Positions 24,823 to 36,863 of a DNA stretch of 64,000 bases are shown here, piece after piece. The stretch covers positions 1,302,001 to 1,366,000 of the forward strand of contig JBLDXI010000074.1 in the NCBI GenBank assembly GCA_047495785.1, written 5' to 3'. Numbering within the stretch: position 1 is the first letter of the stretch; each line of letters starts with the position of its first letter. A model generated the notes under the pieces. The model did no database searches. It worked only from the letters and a program-made list of their open reading frames with translations, and was not told where the DNA came from. The translations under genes were made by a program, and so were the position numbers. Origin of the DNA: Lepidodermella squamata (taxonomy: Eukaryota > Animalia > Gastrotricha).

Positions 24823-26363
24823 TTATTGTTTGCAAACAGCGAATCCCGGAAGAAAAGTGGCACGAATACCCGATGGAGATGAAAATCTCTCATTGGAAGA
24901 TATTCGCGGCATGTTTTGTTTCCTCAGGTTTGCACGTAGCGAAGATATAAACCTATTGGGAAAACCCTAAAAATTGGGAAATTGAAGAGAGGGTATCTTA
25001 GAATTCGGAAATATAGCAATAGGGTTCCGTTACATCTCGGTATATTGGTTATTTTTCTAGCCCTTTGTTTAATAACTCTTGGCGCTTCTGCTTGTTTACA
25101 TGTCAAATATTTTCAAGGCAGGATTCCTAAAAAACGAGCGAGCGATGCGAACTATACTTGGCGCTTTTCCACAGATTTCTGGGGCGAGAGGCACGGTGCA
25201 GGGCAGTTTTCTGACTCTGGAAAATCTATGGTGGCAAGGAATAACTTTGTGGTTCTTTGTGGTTCCAGCCCTTACTAGTCCAGTTTGTGACCTGGTTTCT
25301 TTAAAGAGAATGATTCAGTTGCATAATAATAGAGGAAATAACTCGAAGACGCGTGGCATCGAGCTTTGCGAAAGAGAACTGACCCTTCATCCCTTCTCCC
25401 TTCCGTTACTTCCCACACTTTATCCTTTCATGAGCGATACTTGATTTATAGCATGTCTCAATCCATAAAAATCCATCGAAGCAGCCCGAAGTATTGAAGG
25501 ATCTTGCGCTCGATAACAATTAGTATCGTGCTATCCCGGAGCAATAGAGATTTTCCTCACGCTGAATCCTCATCCACAGTATAAGTCAAATAAGCGTCCA
25601 ACATATCCGAGAAATGAATTCCTATCCAAGGTGTTTATCCAAGGTCCATATCAAATCCTTATTATATATCCTGAACAATCGTTTCATCTCCTCTATCCTC
25701 CACGCTCGTCTTACCTGCATTGTTGATCGAGTTTCCAACCATTGTCGAGGTATGGCTTGTAGTGCCCTTCGTGGTTCCAATCCCGACTAGTCCAGTTTGT
25801 GACTTGGTTTCCATAACCAGCATGATAACTGAGAGAAAAATTCCACGGCGTCGATTTTCCATGGCTCAGCAAAATTATCTCCCTGCTAAAGCGTTTGTGT
25901 GAGTTGATGTGTCTGTTTGGAAAATATGCCAAGGATGAGGCCGTTACCAAGGCTGAACGTAGAAACGCACCGCGGCTAGTCGATATCTGCGCATCGGATG
26001 CATGCATGTTTTAGACATTAATGCAGCTAATATTTGCGGGTTGCCAAGGCTGCATTTGTGAGGGGATGGTAAGGCTACGGGTAGTGCTTGAATAGCATTT
26101 CAGGCTCAGCAAAGCACAGAATAAGAAGAAGACTTTCAAGTTATCTAGCTGTATTGTTCGATTTAGCCTAGAATTGATAAAAATTCAAAACGTTCGAACT
26201 ATAGCGTTTTTGTTCATCATCATTCCCAAAAGCTAAAAAGGATACACATGAAGATGAAATTGACGTTCGCTACAATTGAAATCGCTTCTGTGGCAGTATT
26301 TCGCTGTATTAATTCTAGTTTCCGACACCAATTTATTATTTATTCATAAGTTTACAATAAGGA

Positions 26364-27489
26364 TTATGAACCAAAAATGGATAGTTTCAATGCATATGTC
26401 ATGATCACCGTAATAATTGAGTACATTAGCCGGTGGGAGGCAGATTTATCCGGCTCGAAAGCGTACCGCTTCACTTTGCAAGCCTTCTCAACACTGACAA
26501 GCCAGTTGGACGAAAATTGCCGGCACATTCCTTCTGAGTACTCATCAACGAGCGAATCCTGAGGGTCTTCCATGCATTGGATGCAAACGTGGCTTTTCGC
26601 GCAGAATCTTGCTGTAGGTAGATGCTGCGTTGCTTCAGGATACAACCCACATTTCCCACTAGTTTGATTATACCGAGCTCCTTTGGCCACACACATCCGT
26701 CGCGTCTCAAATGTATGCCAAACATCGTCGATGATTGTTATCTCAATTTCGTTGGCTTTGAACGAATCACATACGCATCTGTTATTCAAGCAAGTCTGTA
26801 AGTTGGACCATCCACCAGGCAAAAATATGTTCCCACTCGCTGTACATTCACTTGTCCGCCGGCAAAAATCGCCAATTTCACGCTGAACACATCTTCCTAG
26901 ACTCTGGTCGAATTTTTCGAATAAATTGCTACAGACGCATTCATCATCCACGCATTTCATGCCAAAGCCTGGACAGCCGTCCGTAGAACAGTTCGAACTC
27001 AAGCCGCAGCCATTGCCAAACTTTTCGTAAATGCAAGTGACTTTTTTGGTTTGAAGATCACATTTAGCAAGAGGTAGAACTATGACTTCATTTTCGCCAC
27101 CAGTGCAAGGTTCGCCAACAAATGACTTGAAAATTGCTTAAGAAAAAGCGCATTGAGTTTGGGACACCAAGAAAAAGGATTAAAACATACTCATTTTACA
27201 TTTCCCTGAAATTACGGTGGCACAAGGGTGACAGGAGCAAGCTTTAGTTCTGCAGGCTGGTTTCTAACAAACTCTGTTTCAGATTAACGACCGCAAAGAG
27301 TTCGGATTACTTACAAGACCGGATGAAAAATCTTGACATTGCGAGTCTCCGGAGCAAGTGCTATTACTCAGGCAAGCTAATAAAAGGCTTGGGTGCTGAA
27401 AGAGGTTGCATTAGTGACTTACATTCGAAAAATATGCGCTGACCAACACTTAGCTCAACATGGAACAGTAACAACAAAATTAGGAGCAT
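26364..27489 (-). CDS. Cys-rich EB-module-like surface protein, paralogue 1 (signal peptide, hydrophobic C-terminus)
   Basis: Exon 1 MLLILLLLFHVELSVGQ, two small Cys-rich exons, then a main exon (GEPCTG..EVIVLP.A.C...GNGC...GRCVQREIGDFC) ending KSASHRLMYSIITVIMTYALKLSIFGS*. Confidence 0.75.
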
Positions 27490-27584
27490 ACCTTTTTAAT
27501 GAAACACTTTTTCTTGTGGAAAAAGCCACACACCTGAAAATGCATCGTTTTTACTACAGAGTTTTCATGTGCCACGCTACAAGG

Positions 27585-28958
27585 TCAGTATAAATGCTTC
27601 ATATATTCTGTAAAACGTAGAAAAAATGCAAAAAAATTGATGGGATCAAACATAATTGTGGTGTAGTTAGCTGAGCTGCTGATGAAAATACGAACCGCTT
27701 GACTCCACAAGCCTTCTCAACGCTGGGTAGCCAATTCTTCGAAAATTTTCCTAAAATTAAAAGTAAGACAAATAACTGAAAAATGTGGTAGTAAACTTAC
27801 GACATTGGCCATTCCGGAATGTGTTGAAATGAGGTAAGTCGGCATCTTCAGGACAACCGGCGCAAAAATGGGATTTCTCACAAAATCTCGAGTCTGGTAA
27901 ATACTGATGTTGTACCGGATCGCCTAATGTGCATTGCTCCGTGACAGCCAAATCAACGATTGCATCTCGAATGACGCACAACTTTCGCGTTTCAAACGTG
28001 TACCATTCCGGATTGAATACTGTAACCTGCGTCTCGATACTTTTCGTCAAATCACACGCGCATTTGCCAGCTATTTCGTCGCAGATTAGGAAATTAGTCC
28101 AATCATGGGGCAGCAGGAAGCTGCCGTAGCCATTCGCTGCGCACTCTTCGTCCATCGTGCAATTATCACCGATTTGCCGCGGCGCACATCGTCCTTTGTT
28201 GTAGTCGAACTTGTCAAAAACGTTCTTGCAGACACACTTATTGTCGCGACAGGTAAGGCTAGTGCTTTGGCAGCCTTCTTTATCGCAGTTCGACCCCGGA
28301 CCGCATCCATTTCCTTGCCGCTCAACGCAGGTTACCTTGTTGGAGAGTGGGTTGCAGAAAGCAGTTGGAATCGTGATGATTTCATACGGACTCCCAGTAC
28401 ATGGCTCGTCAAGTGAAGTAATGTATGTCACTGAATAAGAGTGGAAACTCAAAAATTCAGGAAACTGCGATATGCGATATTTGATATTTTTTTCTACGTT
28501 AGCTTTCGCTGAGCATGTTCCTGCTCTGTGAGACTTTTGCCGATATTCCAGAAATTCCTTGGCAGTGGGTACTCCCAGTGTTTGAATCGATTTAGTTGAT
28601 ATATTCGATGAAAACCTCACCTTTGTTACAGGATCTACCATCCAAAGATAGCTTGTAGCAAGGTTTACACATGCACGCATTTTTCTTGCATATTGGTTGC
28701 TTTTTAAAACATGAATAGTTAGTCATTTAGCAAAATTCTTATTCCGTGATTACCAATCCGGTGTATGTTTCACAATACGCATTCGCTACGCAACTTGAAT
28801 TTGTTTGGCAGATTCCTATATTGGGAATTTTCGGAATAAATTACAGAAAAAATAAAATGCGACTCACCTCCGACTCGGCTCTGCGATAAGCACGATGATT
28901 GAAAGCAAAGGTAAAGAAAACAAATTATTAATCCAACTAGGTTAAATCGATTATTCAT
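27585..28958 (-). CDS. Cys-rich EB-module-like surface protein, paralogue 2
   Basis: Exon 1 MNNRFNLVGLIICFLYLCFQSSCLS (donor GTGAG). Main exon has EIITIPTAFC...GNGCGPG...GRCAPRQIGDNC. Last exon RKFSKNWLPSVEKACG...; the stop position is approximate. Confidence 0.75.
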
Positions 28959-29213
28959 GGTTTGACATGCCTCAAAAAGCCAGCCGGATGCTATGAATAA
29001 GACAGCGAGCCCGAAAAGCGCGTGACTTTGTTTAGAATTGCGCATGTTTGCTGACTATAACGAGTAATATATATTCTTTGGTTTTGTGTGCACACCTTGG
29101 CGCGCGGTATCAATGGCAAAAAGACTGATCATGGACACGTGGTTTTTACTGTATAAACATGGTGTCGCTTTTCCGGCCGCCACTTTGAGGCGACGCCTCG
29201 GAGGAACAGACAT

Positions 29214-31106
29214 TTACAGCGACAAAGTGACAATGAAAACAACGGTAGTTATGACGTTGGCAAACTGGCGCCATTTAGCCGCCCGAGTGGTTGATGACGC
29301 TCTCGAGTAGATGAAATGCTTGATTCCGCACGCTCGCTCCTCACTAAGCAGCCAATCAGGATCGTACTTTCCTGAAATCAAGAGGCATGCTAAATTTACG
29401 CACAATGTGATGTAACAAGACCAAAGGCTTGTCTCAAAATTCAAAATGCAGTGGTGATGATTCGAAATTTGAAATCTAGTTTCGATTGATGAATAGTTAT
29501 CTTAGTAGCGCATGTAAAGTGAATTAAGCTTGCGCGATTTCAATAACACGGCTTAAAAAATGAGATGAGAAAAATGAGAAAAAGAGTGAAATCTCGAAAA
29601 TTTCCTATAAATTGATGCTGCGATCTGAAATCGTTTGCAGGAGAAATTAGAAGCTCATTCTTGAAAAATGGCTGTAAGAGGATTCTCGCATCATCCTTTT
29701 AGGCGTGAATACAGGTGTGAAGTAAACATTGCCATCTACGCATGCTCATTATTCAAGGACGTTCCAGAAACCAACCGGAAACTCCTATGTTCTAGAAGAC
29801 ATGCACATGTCTGCTGATCAACATGTTTAGGATGGTTAGTGGTTAGAATGCACAATTGGTTGCTGTTATGCCCATGTCATTAGAGCCTAGAGCCAAGAAT
29901 TGCAGTTTTACTTCATCGATGAGACTCCTGTTTTCCCTATCCAATAAAGTGTCCTTCTCAAAATCGGGAATGCGGAAATCTTACGGCATAGTCCATTGCT
30001 GAATCCGTCGAAATCTGTCCGGCTCCATTCGTCAATGCAAGTGAAGCAAATGTAAGCTTTTCCGCAAAAGCGCGAATCAACTAGATGCTGTCGTTCTTCT
30101 GGCTGCAAAAACCGTGTACACACGCCGTTCGTCAAGTCAACCGAAGCCCCCTTAACAACACACATGCGCCTGGTTTCGTAAACTCGCCACTCGGAGTTGA
30201 AAACTGCGATTTGCGTCTCAAAACTCCGCTGCATGTCACAGACACACCGGCCTCGGATGCAGAGTTGAAAATTCTCCCAGTCTCGAGGGAAAGTGTCGTG
30301 ATTTGTCCCATTTCCAGCGCAGTCACGGTGGGAGGAACAGCTATCGCCAACCTGCCGCGAGATGCATTTACCGCGGCTCATGTCGTAGTACTCGAAATCA
30401 TTCTTGCAAACGCATTCATTTTTCACGCATTTCAGATTCAAACCACGGCAGCCGTATTCGCGGCAATTCTGGCCTGGGCTGCAGCCGTTTCCTTGAGATT
30501 GAACACAGACCACCTGTTGCAGTGTCAAGCTGCAGTAGGCATTAGGAATGGTGATGACTTCATCGACATCGCCGGTGCAATAAGCTCCAAGTTTCGTAAC
30601 ATAGCGCACTAGGTTTTAAATAATGAAATAATGGCAGGAGGCGATATTGGTAATAACCTTACATTTTTGACAAGTTCTCGTTGAAATATCCATTCTATGG
30701 CAAGGCTTACAGGTGCAAGCCTTGATTTCGCATTTAGGTTCCTGATGGGTCGAAATTTCCTGATTTCTTTGATTGATTTGAAAACTTGACTTACAAAACC
30801 GCTGAATGTTTCGCAGTAAGAATTTGCAGTGCAGTTGGCGTCGACTTGGCATTCTGAACATGAGATAATTTAGTTATAGCGAAAAATAGCTGAGACATGC
30901 GAAGCTGTGGGAAAATGGTGGGAAAGAGTTTGCAATAGAATAATAGGGAAACAATTCTACAAATAATGATTGAGGTCCTACAATCAATTTTGCATTCATC
31001 GTCAAATAGGAAAGATCTATTGCTACAAAATCTTACCATCCATTATTTCTTGACAAGACGCGAATCCCAGGTGAATAGAAAGTAGAGCAAAAGCTAGCTT
31101 TATCAT
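29214..31106 (-). CDS. Cys-rich EB-module-like surface protein, paralogue 3
   Basis: Exon 1 MIKLAFALLSIHLGFASCQE. Main exon about 30610-29985 (EVITIPNAYC...GNGCSPG...GKCISRQVGDSC). Last exon 29371-29214 RKYDPDWLLSEERACG...VITTVVFIVTLSL*, homologous to the paralogue tails. Confidence 0.75.
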
Positions 31107-31487
31107 AATAATATGAAAAAGAATAAATTATTACTGCTCAAGAAAGAAGAAAGCAATCTTGATGGTATCGTGACCAAATCCAACGGTATTCTCTCATCGA
31201 AAAGGGCCAAAATCAATAATGAATAATCGCTTGGCCCGAGTGAAAAGCACGGTGATGTATCGCTTATTACAGCTGGCAAAAAAATAAGTCCTTAGATCAA
31301 AAGGGAAGTAAAATATACCAATACTTAGCTTGACCAAATCTCAATTATTAATCGGCACGCTCCAATCAATGTTTGCCGCAAAATTAAGGGCACAGCTCTC
31401 ATCGCATGTAATAATGCATCAGATCGATCTAAGCAGATTGGTAGGTGTATCTACGTGGTTTTTTAGAGTACTTTTCATTCCACAAGA

Positions 31488-33875
31488 ATGCGATTGAGTC
31501 TAATTTACGAAAGAGCGAGACGATCGCACAAGTTGTACCCGATTACTGCCTGCCTAGCTATCAGCTTTTTCCTGATTATTCTTGCTAATTACCGGTTAGC
31601 ATCTGAGCCTAATGAGTCGAGATTTTCACCCTTTCCAGACGAATCTATCCTCGCGAAACAGAAACCACTCAAGAACAGTGCAGCAAGCCTGATTGCCGAA
31701 AAGCCAACCCCTCCGAACGTAATTCTGCCACCAAATGTAGTCTTAGTCCCAATCGTCCGGCCAGAATCATCCTACGCCCTTAAAGTTGCAGTTCTTATCG
31801 TGGCGATGAATCTGGGCTCCATGGAGGAGGCGTTTAACGTCATTCTATCAGGCCATGCATTCTTTGAGAGCGAACTAGGCAACGCCTATGCGACTTACTA
31901 CGTTTTCATGAACGAAGATGGCATTTCTCTGAGTATCATGGAGAACCATTTGGGCTCAGATCTCTCGAGGCGCGTTAAATTAGTCTTTATCGGTGACAGA
32001 GACCTTACGCAGGCTTCATACGACGACGCTCCGCTGAGATGTACGATTTACCTTAAATCAGAGCTTCTGCTAAGGTTTAACAGGGTAACTATTGATTACA
32101 AAACACTTTCTCTTCTATTCAAGACTCTAATGAAAGACATAACTTTGAAATTAGTAATGAAGCTTTGTTTGAGCAATTGCCTCTGATAATATATGAAGAA
32201 TTTGCACTTGATTTTTGTATTTCAGACCTACGACATGATATTTTCCGTCGACATTTCCATGCGATTTCGGGCCAAGTTCACTAAGGAATTGGAAGACAAT
32301 AATGCCGGCTTCCTGGCCAGGACGAAAAAGGCGAAAGAGCCTGTTCTGAAGCTAACTCTACCTCAATCAATTTTTGCGTTGGAACACCCTGATTACATAA
32401 CTTCCTCTCACGAGCTCGATGGGGTTGATCAAGAGGAAGCGGACTTGGAGAGGAACAAAGTACGCCTGAAATTCCCATTCGAAACCTCAAATCGTAAATC
32501 ATGTGGCTATGTGCCCAAATCAAGAGCTGAGAGCGTTAAATACTACTACAGCAGCTTGGTTTTTGGCGGGAAACCAAACGACTTCCTATCAATGTGCAGC
32601 AGCCTCGCCGACTGTCGCCAGCACGATTTGAATATCGGAATTTTCTACATTGACAACAATGAGATTTACCTGAATGCATACCTTCACAATATCACGACGT
32701 CTTCACCGCTTTCGAACGGCTTGGACAAGATTATCGGGCCGAAGAGTGCGCAAACTACAGATGATGAGATTAACTATGAAAATTATCGTAAAAGCCTAAA
32801 ACAATTTCGGGTCGCCCTAAGAAGTGTTCCGGAAAGCTTGAATTGCAAAAAGCTCGAACCCCTGACAAGTGATTTCTTGTCGAGTCTTGCAGATGAAAAC
32901 GCGACGGTGGCTGAACTGGAGTTCAAATATTTTGCCCCAATAGCAGAGCTGTTGAAGACTTCAAAAAGCGACTGCCCTGTTAAATTTCTCATCTATTCGT
33001 GCAGCCAAAATTATTGCGGGAATTTGAATGCCCAAATTCGAGGTATGGTTACTGCGGCCTGGCTAGCTATAACATCAGGTCGAATTTTCAACGTCGACGG
33101 GACACAAAACTCGAAGTTATCGGACTTTTTCGAATTAAACAGCCATTTCTATTCTGGGATAGATCATGAGGTTTACTCTCAGCATTTTAACATTGCGGCC
33201 AACAAATCACGAAGGGTCTATCTCAAGAGCAGCCTGGTGAATCTGACGCAAAGATTCAATTCTTTGCAATCGGTGACAGATTTCATCGCCCTTCCGAATC
33301 AAATTGCATCCGCCAATCAATATTTCAGCTCAGCAATTCTGAAGAAGGTCTTTGGACGGCCGAAACAAAGACTCATCGATTTGTTCAACCGCTGTGTGGT
33401 GAATACATCCCCTCTCGACTGGAATTCCTCTTACAAAATTGGAGTCGAGTTAAGTAAATCGGATTCAGTGGACATTAATTGCTACACAAACGAAATTGTT
33501 CGAATTTTTAGCGCAGAGACGATAAATGAGCGGACAATTGTGGTTTTTGTTATCTCTGACCATGAAGAAATACCCCGGGACTTGCAAACTGCAATTTTAA
33601 ATCATTCTTACACTGCAAAATCTGAAAAGCTAGTGGGAGTGTACTCAATCGGCCAAGCGAAAAGTTCAAACATGTTGCCAAATGCGGATCGACATGCGAA
33701 GGATACTCCTGACGATAAGACTGAAGCTCATCAATACCTCAATTGGCTGGCATTTACTCGAATGGATAGACTGATCATCGCAGAACATGGCCTCGGCGAA
33801 ACTGCGGCTCTCTTTTCACTCCGGCCTGCCTTTATACTAGAAAATAGCCGGAAATGTGCAATTTCTTTGTTATGA
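31488..33875 (+). CDS. Type II membrane fusion protein: degenerate GT6 (ABO-type) domain followed by a degenerate fucosyltransferase-like domain
   Basis: Exons 31488-32084 and 32226-33875. N-terminal TM anchor. GT6 part: KVAVLIVAM, YDMIFSVDISMRF, EHPDY, FPFE, YYYSSLVFGG, NEIYLNAYL. FUT part: CPVKFLIYSC..YCGNLNAQIRG..LAITSGRIF, YKIGVEL, VFVISD, MDRLIIAEHGLGETAAL. AATAAA follows the stop. Confidence 0.85.
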
Positions 33876-34072
33876 GTCGTGTTAATAAACGCATGGATGA
33901 AATTTGCTCAGGCTCATCTTTTCTAGTATTTAAATGCTTGAGCTACATTTTAGTTTAGTTTTCTCGCGGTGGAGAGAAAACAATAGCTAACGTTCGTTGC
34001 AGCTACGAAGTACTTAATGAGTTTTTTGGGCTTTTTGGCTATATATGTGAATATTTTAGCATCAGCTGCTCC

Positions 34073-35095
34073 ATGGTTATAATTTCTATATTTTCTCACC
34101 GCTTATCGGCGAAATGGTTGAAGGCTCTGATAGTTTTAATATTTGTCGGCTTAATTTTGCTAATGATCTCTGATAAGCCAATGAATTCAGAAGCTTTGAA
34201 TTTGAAGCTCAAAAAACTCAAAAACCAAAGCTCAATGGATTTCGGCGAAGTAGTGAACATTGGTTTTTTAATCATGGCAACTAGCCAGTACGCTGCTTTG
34301 ACACCACGCATGATTGAATCAGCCCGAAAATACCTCAATTTTACAACACACGAAACTCGTGGTACAAAACATCGGATATTTTACTTTATTTTCACGGATA
34401 AGTTGGACGACATTGCGAATGGTAGCGATGTGCTCGGGATCTATCAGAAGCGGCTCAGTTGGCCTTCAGTCACCTTATTAAGAAACTCAATCTACCTAAA
34501 TTCAGCGAATATTTACGAGGAACTGGTACAGAACTAAATTAGTACTTTATCCGATTTACATATAAATTCTTGGTTTCAGAGCATTGATTATCTGTTTTCA
34601 ATAGACTCAGATATGCTTTTTGAGTCTCACGTTGGTTCGGAGATCCTAGGCGACCTTGTTGGAGCCCTGCATCCTGGCTACTATATGTACCACAACAACC
34701 GAGATTTTCCATTCGAGCGCCACTGGGGCGAATCGTGCGCCGCTATTCCCGAAACTGACACGAGAGCAAATCGCTACTTTTACGGTGCGATTTTCGGTGG
34801 GAAGCGGCTGAATTTTCTGGAGCTATGTTATGCGACTACGAAATGCATAAAAGAGGACATGGACCGAGGCGTTTTAGCCGAATGGCACGATGAGTCTCAT
34901 TTGAATCGATATTTTTTAGACCATCCGCCTACTTTGGTACTCTCACCAGCTTACTGCTACCCCACAATATATTCGCTGCCGTTTGAAAGAAAAATTGTTG
35001 TCCTGGCAAAAGACCATGATGCGATTAGAGGAACGCGGTCTATGAGGAGATTGCTTTCAGATTTGTATTGGTATTTGAGGAGCTTCGTAGTGTAG
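34073..35095 (+). CDS. Glycosyltransferase family 6 (ABO/alpha-1,3-Gal/GalNAc transferase-like), type II membrane
   Basis: Exons 34073-34525 and 34580-35095. Motifs IGFLIMAT.QY, YFIFTD, WP..TLLR, DYLFSIDSDM (DxD), GDLVGALHP, FPFER, YFYGAIFGG, AEWHDESHLNRYF, LSPAYC, KDH..IR. Confidence 0.92.
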
Positions 35096-35287
35096 CCTGG
35101 TGGTGCCGGTCAAATAAAAGCGCTTAATTACGTAAGGGTTCAACATGATAATTTATTGATCTCCATTGAAGCAATAAACAGGCTTTTATAACACGCTCCA
35201 CGAGTTATTCCTTCATGAGTTTTCTAAGAGTTTCATATATCGTCAGTATGCGATTATAGAATTTTCAGATCCACCGCCTGATTTATT

Positions 35288-36826
35288 TTACCGAAAATCA
35301 ATCTCCGACTTAAGCCCACTGTACAACTCGAATAAAGCTGAGCAGTCAAACGTGGGACTGTTATTGCCGAGGTTATTGTCCATTTCTTGCTGCTTCCAAT
35401 GCGCAAATTGCCATGTAGGAGCCTGGGAGTATAAAGAAGCTGTGTGGCCATAACTCGACCGGCTGATGAGCAGCATGTCGGCCTGCGTCAGAATCGTCCA
35501 ATCTACAAAAACCTTAGCGAATTCGAACCAAGCATTGTCAGGTTGTGTAACGTCGGATCTATCCAAGTGCTTCAACGGCAGAATTCGATTGGTGTCGAAA
35601 ACTGTCGCGCTCATGTTGCTGAGATCGCTCTTGAGTTCCTCAAGTGCCTCAACAGAATCACCGGTCAAGAAAATTACTTTTTCCAACTTGGGATCGATCA
35701 TTGAGATCAGACGGCGAATTTTCGAGGTGAAGCAAGAGATCTGTGAATTTTCGACCCTTGACCCACCTTCGCCCCAGGTCGATCGCAGGGTTCGAATCTG
35801 AACCCCGATTTTGACTGCGCTACTCCAAGATTCTCCGTTCAGTCTTGTTTCGTTTTCAATTACTTGCGAAATCAAATTATCAAGTCGTGAAGTTCGCTTT
35901 CCAAGAAGTAGTCTCAGTGCAACGGATGCAATAATCGAATAATCTGTCGATGCATTTGCTGTAGCTGGAAATAATCGCTGAAGATTTGCGAACGACGGAT
36001 TTTGGAAGATCGACTCCAAAGCTTTTAGGCGATTGGTCGTTCCATCCCAAGAATCCCAATTTTCCAGGCGGTTTTTGACAAAATTCGGATCCGCAAGGTC
36101 TCTGATCAACTGATTACCGTCGTCATCAATAAGTCGCCAGTAATTTCGGATTTTCAATGACTTCGTTCGATGTTCTTGATACAGATGTTCAAAAGCGTCT
36201 TTCCTGGTTGTGTAGAAGCCATCGTAGAAACCTTCGTTCACTCGAAAGTATTCAGCAATATTGACAGGCTTCGCCCAGTCGAGGTGGAAAATTCTATTCG
36301 AAGCCACTGCTGTGAAGAATAGGGAGGCGACGCCTTTGAGCCTATCGCCGAAGCCGCCGCAGGATACCCCGTTATCACAAGAATAGGCAACAAACTTGAA
36401 GAAAACACAATATAACAGTCCATTATTTCTGACAGAATATCGACTCACTTTCAGCCGAGATTTGCCTGGATTGCTCTCGAGCGATCTTGTGATATTGCGG
36501 TAATAAGAATTTCTGAGGCTTGAAATAATTTTCTCGATAGATTTACGGCGAATTTCCGCCTCGGAGATTAGATCTCTCAATTCGGAAGGCGTAATTGCGA
36601 TGTGAATCCTAGAACGTTGGTTAGAGCTCAATTCACTTGCCTCAATGATGGGAGAAATTCCGAGTGAGATTCCTCCGATTGTAAAATTCGATTGGAAGAG
36701 ACTCCGGGAGAAAAAGATACGCCCAAACAGAAAGAATCGTAGATCAATAGCTTCCAACCGCAGCAGAACGATGAACGCGAGAATTAAAAATGGCAAAATA
36801 AGCCAATGCTTTGTTGAAAGTTGCAT
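35288..36826 (-). CDS. Fucosyltransferase-like protein (alpha-1,2/alpha-1,6/O-FUT superfamily, GT37-like motifs), type II membrane
   Basis: Likely ATG at 36826 (MQLSTKHWLILPFLILAFIVLL). Motifs CGGFGDRLKG, KIGVQIR (motif I), IFLTGD (II), FVDWTILTQADMLLISRSSYG (III). Probable in-frame 54-nt intron near 36449-36396. Confidence 0.85.
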   Translation of the reverse strand: MQLSTKHWLILPFLILAFIVLLRLEAIDLRFFLFGRIFFSRSLFQSNFTIGGISLGISPIIEASELSSNQRSRIHIAITPSELRDLISEAEIRRKSIEKIISSLRNSYYRNITRSLESNPGKSRLKVSRYSVRNNGLLYCVFFKFVAYSCDNGVSCGGFGDRLKGVASLFFTAVASNRIFHLDWAKPVNIAEYFRVNEGFYDGFYTTRKDAFEHLYQEHRTKSLKIRNYWRLIDDDGNQLIRDLADPNFVKNRLENWDSWDGTTNRLKALESIFQNPSFANLQRLFPATANASTDYSIIASVALRLLLGKRTSRLDNLISQVIENETRLNGESWSSAVKIGVQIRTLRSTWGEGGSRVENSQISCFTSKIRRLISMIDPKLEKVIFLTGDSVEALEELKSDLSNMSATVFDTNRILPLKHLDRSDVTQPDNAWFEFAKVFVDWTILTQADMLLISRSSYGHTASLYSQAPTWQFAHWKQQEMDNNLGNNSPTFDCSALFELYSGLKSEIDFR

Positions 36827-36863
36827 GTAAATAATGTCTAATCGATAAAAATGAATCCCAAAG

